From an uncultured Clostridia bacterium (GTDB lineage: Bacteria > Acidobacteriota > Aminicenantia > UBA2199): a DNA stretch of 41,225 nt. The stretch is from NCBI GenBank assembly GCA_964614865.1, contig CAZTNO010000002.1, positions 1 through 41,225 on the forward strand, given 5' to 3'. Of the stretch, positions 27,700-35,782 are shown piece by piece (position 1 is the first letter of the stretch; every line of letters begins with the position of its first letter). A program made the position numbers and the translations under genes. Under the pieces are notes generated by a model. That model made no database searches, was not told the DNA's origin, and saw only the letters and a list, made by a program, of their open reading frames with translations.

Positions 27700-27788
27700 G
27701 GAAACCTCCTCGGTGTTGAACTTCAGGGTAGTGTAGTCCATCCCACGAGAAAATGCAATCTCCGCTCGCCACACCAACGCAGGGCGCC

Positions 27789-27817
27789 TTGCCGCTTCGG
27801 GGCGAATCCGCTATAAT
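27789..27817 (+). promoter_or_regulatory. promoter TTGCCG-N17-TATAAT upstream of pyrR-pyrB-pyrC
   Basis: ttgccg at 27789..27794, tataat at 27812..27817, about 70 nt before ATG 27890. Confidence 0.5.
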
Positions 27818-27860
27818 GACGGCGGAAACGCGGGCTTTTTGCCTGTCGGGACCGTTCGCC

Positions 27861-27883
27861 ACACCCGGAAAGCGAGGAGGTGT
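27861..27883 (+). promoter_or_regulatory. possible leader hairpin overlapping the pyrR Shine-Dalgarno (candidate PyrR autoregulatory site)
   Basis: acacc (27861..27865) pairs with ggtgt (27879..27883). The purine-rich 13-nt loop cggaaagcgagga contains most of the SD gaggagg (27874..27880). Confidence 0.25.
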
Positions 27884-27889
27884 CCACCA

Positions 27890-28447
27890 ATGGACGAAAA
27901 AGACAAGATCAAGGCCAAGATCATGGACGACAAGAAGATGAAGCGCACCTTCCAGCGCATGGCCATGGAGATCCTCGAACGCAACCGCGATGAAAACAAG
28001 CTGGCCCTGATCGGCATCCAGACCCGGGGCGTGGTCATCGCGGAGCGGATCCAGGCCATGATCCAGGAGTTGGAGGGAATCAAGCTCCCCCTCGGCGTCC
28101 TCGACATCTCCTTCTTCCGCGACGACCTGGACCGCCACGACGGCCAGCCGGTGGTCAAGAAAACCGACATCCCCTTCTCGGTCAAGGACCGCGACATCAT
28201 CCTGATCGACGACGTCCTGTTCACCGGCCGGACCATCCGCGCCGCCATGGATTCTATCTTCGAGTTGGGTCGCCCGGCCAGCATCCAGCTCGCCGTGTTC
28301 ATCGACCGCGGCCATCGCGAACTGCCGATTTGCCCCGACTTTCGCGGTAAATCGCTACCCACCTCGCACCGCGAACGGGTGCGGGTGATGGTCAAAGAGT
28401 GCGACGGCAAAGACCAGGTGCAGATCCTGGAACCGGCGGGGTTCTGA
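27890..28447 (+). CDS. pyrR: bifunctional pyrimidine regulatory protein / uracil phosphoribosyltransferase PyrR
   Basis: LALIGIQTRGVVIAERI...LDISFFRDD...IILIDDVLFTGRTIRAAMD...AVFIDRGHRELPI is canonical PyrR. A GAGGAGG SD lies upstream. Confidence 0.9.
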   Translation: MDEKDKIKAKIMDDKKMKRTFQRMAMEILERNRDENKLALIGIQTRGVVIAERIQAMIQELEGIKLPLGVLDISFFRDDLDRHDGQPVVKKTDIPFSVKDRDIILIDDVLFTGRTIRAAMDSIFELGRPASIQLAVFIDRGHRELPICPDFRGKSLPTSHRERVRVMVKECDGKDQVQILEPAGF

Positions 28448-28448
28448 G

Positions 28449-29393
28449 ATGGGCGGCAAAACCTTCCGGCAAAACCACCTGCTGGGCATCGAACACCTGA
28501 GCGTGGAGGACATCGAGACCATCCTCGACACCGCCGAGGCCTTCATCGAGGTCTCCACCCGCGATGTCAAGAAGGTGCCGGCGCTCAAGGGCAAAACGGT
28601 GGTCAACCTCTTCTTCGAGAATTCCACCCGCACCCGCAGTTCGTTCGAGATCGCCGCCAAACGCCTCAGCGCCGACCTGATCAACTTCTCCACGTCGGTC
28701 TCCAGCACCAAGAAAGGCGAATCGCTGAAAGACACCGTGCTCACCCTGGAGGCGATGAACCCCCACGTAATCGTGATCCGCCACTCCGCCTCGGGGGCGC
28801 CCCGCTACCTGACCACCTTCGCCCGCTCGGCCATCGTCAACGCCGGCGACGGGTTTCACGCCCACCCCACCCAGGCCTTGCTCGACGCCTTGACCATCCG
28901 CCAGCGCTTCGGCACCCTGCGGGGCCTGAAAGTGGCCATCGTCGGCGACATCCTGCACTCGCGGGTGGCGCGTTCCAACCTGGCCCTGCACAGCAAATTG
29001 GGCAACGAGGTGACGCTGATCGGCCCCCCCTCGCTGGTGCCCCAGGAATTCGAGCGCATGGGCGGCAAGGTGACCTGGGATTTGCGCCGCGGCGTCGCCG
29101 GCGCCGACGTGGTGATGATGTTGCGGGTCCAGGAAGAGCGCGGGGCGCGCAACTACTTCCCCTCGACCCGGGAGTACCGCAACCGCTTCGCCATCTCCCC
29201 GGAGACCTTCGCCCTGGCCAAGCCGAGTGCCATCCTGATGCACCCCGGTCCGATCAACCGCGACGTGGAGATCGACACCTTCCTGGCCGATTCCGAGCAG
29301 TCGGTGATCCTGCAGCAGGTGACCAACGGCATCGCCGTGCGCATGGCGGTGCTGTACCTTCTCAAAGGAGAGAAGAATGAAGCTCTTGATTAA
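28449..29393 (+). CDS. pyrB: aspartate carbamoyltransferase catalytic subunit
   Basis: FFENSTRTRSSFEIAAKRLSAD, VIRHS, HPTQALLD, HPGPINRDVEI. Confidence 0.95.
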   Translation: MGGKTFRQNHLLGIEHLSVEDIETILDTAEAFIEVSTRDVKKVPALKGKTVVNLFFENSTRTRSSFEIAAKRLSADLINFSTSVSSTKKGESLKDTVLTLEAMNPHVIVIRHSASGAPRYLTTFARSAIVNAGDGFHAHPTQALLDALTIRQRFGTLRGLKVAIVGDILHSRVARSNLALHSKLGNEVTLIGPPSLVPQEFERMGGKVTWDLRRGVAGADVVMMLRVQEERGARNYFPSTREYRNRFAISPETFALAKPSAILMHPGPINRDVEIDTFLADSEQSVILQQVTNGIAVRMAVLYLLKGEKNEALD

Positions 29394-30663
29394 GAACGGC
29401 CGGCTGGTCGATCCCGCCGGACACCTCGACGCCACCCGCGACATCCTGGTGGAAGACGGCCGGGTGAAGAAGATCGACGTCTCCATCAAGGCCCCCGCCG
29501 GGAGTGAGACCATCGATGCCGGCGGATGGGTGGTCGCTCCGGGCTTCATCGACCTGCACTGCCACCTGCGCGAGCCGGGAGGCGAGCACAAGGAAACGAT
29601 CGAATCGGGATGCCGGGCTGCCGCCGCCGGCGGGTACACCACCATCGCCTGCATGCCCAACACTGACCCGGTCAACGACAACCGTTCGGTCACCGAGTTC
29701 ATCCTGTCCCGGGCCCGCCAGGCCGGATTGATCCGCGTCCTGCCCATCGCTGCCATTTCACGGGGTCTGCACGGCGACAACCTTACCGAAATGGCCGACC
29801 TGGTCGCCGGCGGCGCGGTCGCCTTCTCTGACGACGGCCAGTGCGTGATGAAGGCCGACCTGATCCGCAAGGCGCTCGAATACTCCCGCATGCTCGATGT
29901 GCCGATCATCGAACACCCCGAGGATCACTCGATCTCGGCCGATGGCCAGGTCAACGAGGGATTCGTCTCCTACAAGTACGGACTGCGCGGTATCCTCAAC
30001 GCCGCCGAGGAAGTGATCGTCTCCCGCGACCTGATCCTGCAGAAAAGGATCGGCTCCCGCCTCCACCTCACCCACCTCTCCACCGCCGGCTCCATCGAAC
30101 TGGTCCGCAACGCCAAGCAGGCCGGGGTGAAGGTCACCGTTGACGTCACCCCCCACCACCTGCTGCTCAACGAGGAACAGGTCTCCAGGTACGAAACCGT
30201 CTACAAGGTCAAGCCCCCCCTGCGCACCGAAGCCGACCGCCAGACGTTGATCGACGCCCTCCTCGATGGCACGGTCGACTGTATCGCCACCGACCACGCC
30301 CCCCATACCCGCGACGAGAAAGACCGGGAATTCGAATACGCCCCTTTTGGCATGATCGGTCTGGAGACGGCCTTTTCGGTGCTCTACGACCGGCTGGTCG
30401 CCGAGCGCCGCCTGTCGCTGGGACGGCTGATCGAGCTGCTCTCCACCGCCCCGGCGCGCATTCTGGGCCTGGACGATCTGGGCCGGGTGGCGGAGGGTCT
30501 GCCCGCCGACTTGACCCTGCTCGACCTCGACCAACGCTTCCGCATCGACGCCAAAGAGTTCCATTCCAAGGCCAACAACTCCCCCTTCATCGGATGGGAG
30601 GGCAAAGGGGCGGTGGCCATGACCATCGCCGCCGGCAAGATCGTCTACCGCCGTCCGTCCTGA
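29377..30663 (+). CDS. pyrC: dihydroorotase
   Basis: GFIDLHCHLREPG, MPNTDP, HLTHLST, ATDHAPH. It overlaps the pyrB end by 17 nt. Confidence 0.9.
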   Translation: MKLLIKNGRLVDPAGHLDATRDILVEDGRVKKIDVSIKAPAGSETIDAGGWVVAPGFIDLHCHLREPGGEHKETIESGCRAAAAGGYTTIACMPNTDPVNDNRSVTEFILSRARQAGLIRVLPIAAISRGLHGDNLTEMADLVAGGAVAFSDDGQCVMKADLIRKALEYSRMLDVPIIEHPEDHSISADGQVNEGFVSYKYGLRGILNAAEEVIVSRDLILQKRIGSRLHLTHLSTAGSIELVRNAKQAGVKVTVDVTPHHLLLNEEQVSRYETVYKVKPPLRTEADRQTLIDALLDGTVDCIATDHAPHTRDEKDREFEYAPFGMIGLETAFSVLYDRLVAERRLSLGRLIELLSTAPARILGLDDLGRVAEGLPADLTLLDLDQRFRIDAKEFHSKANNSPFIGWEGKGAVAMTIAAGKIVYRRPS

Positions 30664-30690
30664 ACTTCCGCCGCCCGGCTTCGTCTCGCC

Positions 30691-31701
30691 CTAGGCGAAC
30701 TGGGGGTGGCGACTGGCGGCCAGCCGCACCAGACGGCTGCCTAGTTCGCCGTAGGAGAGGCCGATCTGCTCTGCCGCACAAGCGGTGCTGGCGTCGGAGC
30801 TGATATCGGGGTTGGGGTTGATGTCCAGGATGTAGAACACCCCATCGCGCAAGCGGATGTCCAGCCGGGCATAATCGCGGCAACCGAACAGGCGGTAGCA
30901 CCGGAGGCAGCACCGTTTCAGCTCCCGCCGCTGGGCGGGGGTCAAGACGGCAGGGATGATCGTCGAAATGATCTCGTACTGCTTGGACCCGGGGCAAAAC
31001 TTGGCCTCGTAGGTGCAGAGGCGGTCATGGATGTCCACACAGCGCGAAAAGTCCATCTCGGCCGGAGGCAACATCCACGGCGAACGGTTGCCGATCAGTG
31101 AGACGTGGAATTCCCGGCCGTCGATGAAGTCCTCCACGATAACCGGCTCGTTGAAGCAACGCAGGACGTGCTCGATCTGCCGTTCCAGTTCGTGGCGGTT
31201 GAGGACGATCGACTCGGAAGTGATCCCCAGGCTGCAGTGCTCGAAGGCGGGCTTCACGATCGCCGGAAAACGATGCCAATCCCCGGCCCAGGGCCGCTCA
31301 TAGATCGCCCAGGCGGGGGTGGGCAAGCCGTGGGCATCGAGGGTCTCTTTCACCAGGCGCTTGTTTTCGCAACTGCTGAGGGTGTCGGGGTGGGCGCCGG
31401 TGTAGGTCATGTTGCGCTTCTCGAGCACCATGGCCGCCTCGGCTTCACTGTGGGGGAAACCGGGGATCTCCTCGCACAGGTTCATGACAATCCAGTTCTC
31501 GGCGGGAAAATCTGCGAGACGCTCGAGCAGAGTGCTCCCGGCAATCTCCAGCAGGGTGACCGGATGGCCCAGTTGCTCCAGCGAAGAGCGCAGCAACTCG
31601 ATTTCCCTGGCCTGGACCGCTCGCTCCTCGACCGCCCAGGAATGGTCGAGGTTGTACAGCAGGAGGACAGGCAACTCGGCCGCGCTGCGCCACGAAACCA
31701 T
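30691..31701 (-). CDS. ATP-grasp enzyme of the D-Ala-D-Ala-ligase-like family
   Basis: VLLLYNL...GHPVTLL...NLCEE...MTYTGAH...ENKRLVKETLDAHGLPTPAW...PAIVKPAFEHCSLGI...FIDGREFHVSLIG...RLDIRLRDGVFYILDINPNP. Start at ATG 31701. Confidence 0.7.
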   Translation of the reverse strand: MVSWRSAAELPVLLLYNLDHSWAVEERAVQAREIELLRSSLEQLGHPVTLLEIAGSTLLERLADFPAENWIVMNLCEEIPGFPHSEAEAAMVLEKRNMTYTGAHPDTLSSCENKRLVKETLDAHGLPTPAWAIYERPWAGDWHRFPAIVKPAFEHCSLGITSESIVLNRHELERQIEHVLRCFNEPVIVEDFIDGREFHVSLIGNRSPWMLPPAEMDFSRCVDIHDRLCTYEAKFCPGSKQYEIISTIIPAVLTPAQRRELKRCCLRCYRLFGCRDYARLDIRLRDGVFYILDINPNPDISSDASTACAAEQIGLSYGELGSRLVRLAASRHPQFA

Positions 31702-31780
31702 GTTCAGCTCCGCAAAGCGCAACCCCACCAAGGAGCTGGAAAAAAAACCGAGTCCACAGTTGGTTGGATCATATTGGCCT

Positions 31781-31809
31781 GTTTTAAGGTCTATTGGCCG
31801 AAATGTCAA
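31781..31809 (-). promoter_or_regulatory. promoter TTGACA-N17-TAAAAC for the ATP-grasp gene
   Basis: On the minus strand, ttgaca (31809..31804) and taaaac (31786..31781). It is flanked by a TATTGGCC direct repeat at 31772..31779 and 31792..31799. Confidence 0.4.
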
Positions 31810-31908
31810 CCCTGCCCGCACTCTGTTATGCGGCCAGCGGCAGTTTCCGGTCGCCAGGGGGTCGCTTCGACTCTTCCGCCAGGGGAAAGGGGCCCGCGGG
31901 CGGACGAA

Positions 31909-32847
31909 TCAAATCAGCCCTTTGTCTTCGAGTTGGGCGATTTCCGTTTTCAGGTCCACCCCCAACTTTTCCAGGGCAGCAGGCGAAACCCCCAGAGCAC
32001 TCAGCCCATCCAGCAACGAATGATTGCTGGCGCCGCGGAGGGCTCCGTGCTCGAATCCGTTTTCGCGGCAGTAGTCGTTGGCGACAAACAGGACCAGCGC
32101 CGAGCGAACGTTTGGCCCGGTGCCGGCGAAGGGATCCCGCATGTAGCGGAGGCAGTCGACCACCTCGCGGGGCAACCCCCATCGCCGAATGATTTCCAGA
32201 AGCACCTCGCCGTGGTCGAAACCGAGCATTTCCCGCTCCACCTCGATCAACGGGCAATTCTCGGCAAACGAGGTCCGCAGGGCCCGCAGGAACGGGTCAT
32301 GGCGGAATTGATCGACGATCACCAGCCCCAGGTCGTGCAGCAGCCCGCAGGCATAGGCGGTCTCGCCGGAAAGGGCGAACTCGCGCCGGTGGACGAAGCG
32401 GGCCAGCACCGCGGTGGCCACACTGTGCCTCCACAACCGGGCCCGCGCGTAGGTCTCGACGGTGTCCCCGTGGGCGAACAGGTCGCACACTTTCTGGCTC
32501 AACACCAGGCGCAAGGCCGCCTCGAAGCCGATCAGGATGATGGCATCCTCGATGGTGCTGTAGGAACGGCCGCGGGAGTAGAATGCCGAGTTGGCCAAAT
32601 GAAGAATGCGGGCCGCCAGCGGGGGGTCGATCTCGATGATCTGTTTCAGCTCCCGCACCGACGCCCCGGGGCCGGTCAGCACCCCGATCACCTCGGACAC
32701 CACCCGGCCGATCGAAGAGAGTTGGCCGCCTTCGAGCTCGGTCAGCAACCCCGCCAGGCCGTCCCCTTGCGATTGCTTTTCCGTTTTTCCCCCCCGGTTT
32801 CGTCGCACGCCCCGCAATGGTGTACCAAAACCGGAAAAATAAATCAA
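31909..32847 (-). CDS. HDOD-domain signalling protein
   Basis: ELKQIIEIDPPLAARILHLANSAFY...IEDAIILIGF...HSVATAVLARF...ACGLLHDLG is the HDOD pattern. The TTG start at 32847 is uncertain. Confidence 0.7.
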   Translation of the reverse strand: MIYFSGFGTPLRGVRRNRGGKTEKQSQGDGLAGLLTELEGGQLSSIGRVVSEVIGVLTGPGASVRELKQIIEIDPPLAARILHLANSAFYSRGRSYSTIEDAIILIGFEAALRLVLSQKVCDLFAHGDTVETYARARLWRHSVATAVLARFVHRREFALSGETAYACGLLHDLGLVIVDQFRHDPFLRALRTSFAENCPLIEVEREMLGFDHGEVLLEIIRRWGLPREVVDCLRYMRDPFAGTGPNVRSALVLFVANDYCRENGFEHGALRGASNHSLLDGLSALGVSPAALEKLGVDLKTEIAQLEDKGLI

Positions 32848-32889
32848 CCAAGGCCCGGCCGCCTCCAGTTTTTCGGGAGGGTCCGGGGG

Positions 32890-33174
32890 TCAGCTCGCCG
32901 TGACCCGGATCAGGCCGTCTTCAGAAAGGCGACCGAGAAAGGCGAGCACATCGACGTCGATCTGATCCCGCCCTCCGGCATACTCGGTCTCCAGCTGGGC
33001 GCAGAGATCGGCCACCGGCAAAGGGGTTGCCAGCAGCTCCCAGATGCGCCGGCCGATGTCGTCCAGGGTGAGGTAGTTGTTGCCCGCCATGTTGAGGATC
33101 ACCAGCTCGTCGTCCACCGGCGTCGTCGCCGCCTCGCCGTTTCGCACCACGATCGCCGTCATGTCCAGGGCCAT
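32890..33174 (-). CDS. PqqD-family protein (RiPP recognition element; lasso B1-like)
   Basis: 94 aa: ...VDDELVILNMAGNNYLTLDDIGRRIWELLATPLPVADLCAQLETEY...DVLAFLGRLSEDGLI is the typical PqqD/RRE pattern. An AAGGAG SD precedes ATG 33174. Confidence 0.8.
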   Translation of the reverse strand: MALDMTAIVVRNGEAATTPVDDELVILNMAGNNYLTLDDIGRRIWELLATPLPVADLCAQLETEYAGGRDQIDVDVLAFLGRLSEDGLIRVTAS

Positions 33175-33202
33175 GGGCACTCCTTGCTTGGAATGGGGTA
33201 GT

Positions 33203-34063
33203 TTACACGGGCTCGCCCTGTTCGTCCAGATACCCGAAGCGGCGCATCGTCTCCCCGTGGGCGGCAATCAGCCGCTTCGACAAAACGGGGCTCAACTCTT
33301 GCCGCCACCCCCCGGCAACGCCGCGGCGAAAGAACGCGGTCGACTTGCCGGGTTTCTCGGGAAATCCCACCTCGGACTCCTGGCGTCGCAGTTCAGCGAA
33401 ACTAGAAAACGTTACCGCTTTCTCCAGGTTGGTTTTGTTCCAGGGCAGACCGAGAAAACGGACCACCTCGCCGAACACCTTCGGCGTATCACCGAGAAGA
33501 TCCTCGTAGCGCACCGTCAGGCAGGGCAAGCCGGAACGGTCCAGCCAGGAGCGAACATGCCCGCTCCAGTCCCCGGTGAATTGCCGCAACTGGTCGGCCA
33601 ATTCACCCACCGAGCGACCCAGGGCGAACCGGGCATCGCAGAGTTGGGCTACTGCCCGCTCGAGGTCGATGGCGTAGTGGTTTGCCAGCGAAGCGGCCAG
33701 GTCGAGCGGGTTGCGCACGATGTAAACCACCCCGCGGGTGACATCGCCCGGAAAGAGGGGATCGCCCGCCGGGGTTTGTTTCCAGGCATCGTGGGTCTTC
33801 ATGTAGATCGGTTGGGGCTCCTCTGCCGCCATCCGGCGATACACCTCGGGCCGCAAGCACTCGATGGTCTCGTCGTCCAACGTGGAGGCCTCGACTCCCA
33901 CCCATTCGTCGAACCAGATGCGGGCACTGGCCACCGGACCGCCTTCCAGCCGCCGGTCGATGGCCGCAGGAGCGTCTTGATCGCGCAGGTAATTGGTCAA
34001 CAGGATGCGTACCCAGGTGTTGCCCGACTTCGGGTAAGAGGCGAGCCAGTGAATCTTACCCAT
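33203..34063 (-). CDS. PAPS-dependent sulfotransferase-family protein
   Basis: WLASYPKSGNTWVRILL is the 5-prime-PSB motif (PKSGxTW). VVYIVRNPLDLAASL is the 3-prime-PB motif (RNPxD). The ATG overlaps the upstream stop region by 8 nt. Confidence 0.8.
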   Translation of the reverse strand: MGKIHWLASYPKSGNTWVRILLTNYLRDQDAPAAIDRRLEGGPVASARIWFDEWVGVEASTLDDETIECLRPEVYRRMAAEEPQPIYMKTHDAWKQTPAGDPLFPGDVTRGVVYIVRNPLDLAASLANHYAIDLERAVAQLCDARFALGRSVGELADQLRQFTGDWSGHVRSWLDRSGLPCLTVRYEDLLGDTPKVFGEVVRFLGLPWNKTNLEKAVTFSSFAELRRQESEVGFPEKPGKSTAFFRRGVAGGWRQELSPVLSKRLIAAHGETMRRFGYLDEQGEPV

Positions 34064-34949
34064 GGAGGATGCGCCCGGCGACCTCGTCGAGGCTCCAGGA
34101 CGACCGCGGGCGCTGCAGCCGGAACACCTGGAGTTGCTGGCTGAGGGCGGCAAACAGCAAAAACCGTTCCGGGTGTTCGCCGGGGTGCATGGGGCCGTAG
34201 ACACAGGATTGCAGGGCGGCGAATTTCTCGCCGCCGGTGAGGGGGATCAAGACCACCTGGTCGGTGGGTGCTGGTTCCAACAGAAAGAGGCGATGGAGGG
34301 GGACCGGTTTTTCGGCCATCGCCCCGCGATGGGGGGCCACAACCTTGATTTTGCGGAGCGGGTTGCGGGGCAAGGAGTTTACGTCCTGCCCCAGGGCCGT
34401 GGCTGCGTCTTGGCACAGGTTCAACTTGGCCATGCCAGGCAAGGCCTCGACCCGCTCATCGGCTCCCCGCTGGACGACGGTGACGTCATCGCTCACCATC
34501 GTCCCGCCGCGAGAAAGCAAAACCCCCTGGGTGGTACTCTTGCCCGCCCCGGAGGCTCCGGCCAGAACCACCCCCCGATCCGCCACCGCCACCGTGGAAG
34601 CGTGCAGCACCACCTGTCCCAACGAACGCATCAGGGCCGCGAGGACATGGGAGAGAAAGTGCGCCGCCAGCAGGTCATCCTCTCCGTCGGGGTTCCGCTC
34701 CAGGATCACCCGCCCCCCCGATTCCACCAGGAAACGCCCTGCCCGTCGCCCCCCCTTCAACAGGTAGCTGCCGGGAGCAGCCTGCCAGTTTTCGCCTTGA
34801 CTGGTCGGATTTGCCAGCGATCGGGGTACCGCCCCCTCGGCGACCATGAGATCGGGGGTTCCCGTCCAAGAGAGCTCGGCCAATTGGCCGCAACGGAACG
34901 GGAGCGACACCTTGTGACCGTACAGGGAATAGAGATGACGCTCGCTCAT
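34056..34949 (-). CDS. HPr-kinase/phosphorylase C-terminal-domain-like kinase, copy 2
   Basis: VLHASTVAVADRGVVLAGASGAGKSTT...GGTMVSDDVTVV shows a P-loop plus xxDD as in the HprK catalytic domain. The ATG at 34949 overlaps the upstream TGA (ATGA). Confidence 0.75.
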   Translation of the reverse strand: MSERHLYSLYGHKVSLPFRCGQLAELSWTGTPDLMVAEGAVPRSLANPTSQGENWQAAPGSYLLKGGRRAGRFLVESGGRVILERNPDGEDDLLAAHFLSHVLAALMRSLGQVVLHASTVAVADRGVVLAGASGAGKSTTQGVLLSRGGTMVSDDVTVVQRGADERVEALPGMAKLNLCQDAATALGQDVNSLPRNPLRKIKVVAPHRGAMAEKPVPLHRLFLLEPAPTDQVVLIPLTGGEKFAALQSCVYGPMHPGEHPERFLLFAALSQQLQVFRLQRPRSSWSLDEVAGRILHG

Positions 34950-35782
34950 CGCACCCCCGCCGCCACCATGTCTGCCAACTCGCCGGCCCGCCACACCCCG
35001 CGCGGCCTTTTCAACTGGAAAAAGCGCGCACTGCCGGCCAGGGCGGATAATCCCCCCAGGCAGGCCCCCCGGTCGAGCAGCACGTCGGCGATATGGCTGT
35101 TGAAGAGAAGCCTCCCGAGGCCGCGAAAGCGCGCCGCGCCCCGGGGTTCGTGGCATACGATCGGGTCGGAACTGTACACCGAGAGGGCGAAGACCGCCCG
35201 CACCGGGATCGGCTCGGGGTTGGCCACCTCGGTAAAAACCACGTGGTGCCGGTGGTCGAAAAAGGGGGGGGGCGGTTGACTGGATAGACCCAGATTTTCC
35301 AGAGAGCCCGTCCACAACACCGCCTCGGGAACCCCGGGAGCCACCCGAGCCCTTCCCCGGGTGTCGCGGGTCACCAGAGCCAAATCGTCCCCCAGCAACG
35401 TTGCCCCGCGCCGGGTCAGCTCCACCGCCAGCGACGACTTGCCACACCCCGAATCTCCGGCCAGCAGCACCGCATCGCCGTCGATCTTCACCGTTGCCGC
35501 ATGCAGCGCCAGCCAACCGCGCTGGCAAGCCAGCGCCGCCAGTGGTGCCAAACCCAGAAAGTAGCCGATGCGCTCGTCAGTGGCTCCTGGCGAGGGATCG
35601 ATCGTCACGAGTTCCCCCCCCTCGACCAGAAAGCGGGCAACGCCCGGCACCTGGAGCAGGAAGCTGCGATGCGATGCCTGCCAGAGGACGCCGCCAGCCT
35701 CGGCAGCCTCGAGCACCCTGGGCACCGCGGCCTGGCGGACCGGGATATCGCCAAAAGGGGGGGGGAGGGCAAGAGGGTTCAT
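34946..35782 (-). CDS. HPr-kinase/phosphorylase C-terminal-domain-like kinase, copy 1
   Basis: LHAATVKIDGDAVLLAGDSGCGKSSLAVEL...GATLLGDDLALV. The ATG at 35782 overlaps the stop of the Asn-synthetase homolog (ATGA). Confidence 0.75.
   Translation of the reverse strand: MNPLALPPPFGDIPVRQAAVPRVLEAAEAGGVLWQASHRSFLLQVPGVARFLVEGGELVTIDPSPGATDERIGYFLGLAPLAALACQRGWLALHAATVKIDGDAVLLAGDSGCGKSSLAVELTRRGATLLGDDLALVTRDTRGRARVAPGVPEAVLWTGSLENLGLSSQPPPPFFDHRHHVVFTEVANPEPIPVRAVFALSVYSSDPIVCHEPRGAARFRGLGRLLFNSHIADVLLDRGACLGGLSALAGSARFFQLKRPRGVWRAGELADMVAAGVR

Noticed and set aside
28392-29909. 505-aa minus-strand ORF opposite pyrB/pyrC
   Set aside because: Antisense artefact of highly conserved pyr genes.
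30691-31701. ATP-grasp gene as a graspetide-type tailoring ligase of the RiPP cluster
   Set aside because: It resembles D-Ala-D-Ala-ligase-type enzymes rather than RimK-like RiPP ligases. It has its own promoter and a 207-nt gap from the HDOD gene. An association cannot be excluded but is unsupported.
31105-33201. 698-aa plus-strand ORF opposite the ATP-grasp, HDOD and PqqD genes
   Set aside because: It crosses three well-supported minus-strand genes and two intergenic regions. No motifs are present.
35264-35272. Poly-G/C tracts of 9-10 nt as phase-variation switches. Examples: 35264..35272 and 35757..35765 in kinase copy 1, 10221..10230 in grpE, 17226..17235 in apgM, 24574..24582, 41088..41096.
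   Set aside because: Such runs are frequent across the window in housekeeping genes too, and they simply encode PPP/GGG in a GC-rich genome. They are not specific to accessory genes, so I have no basis to call contingency loci.
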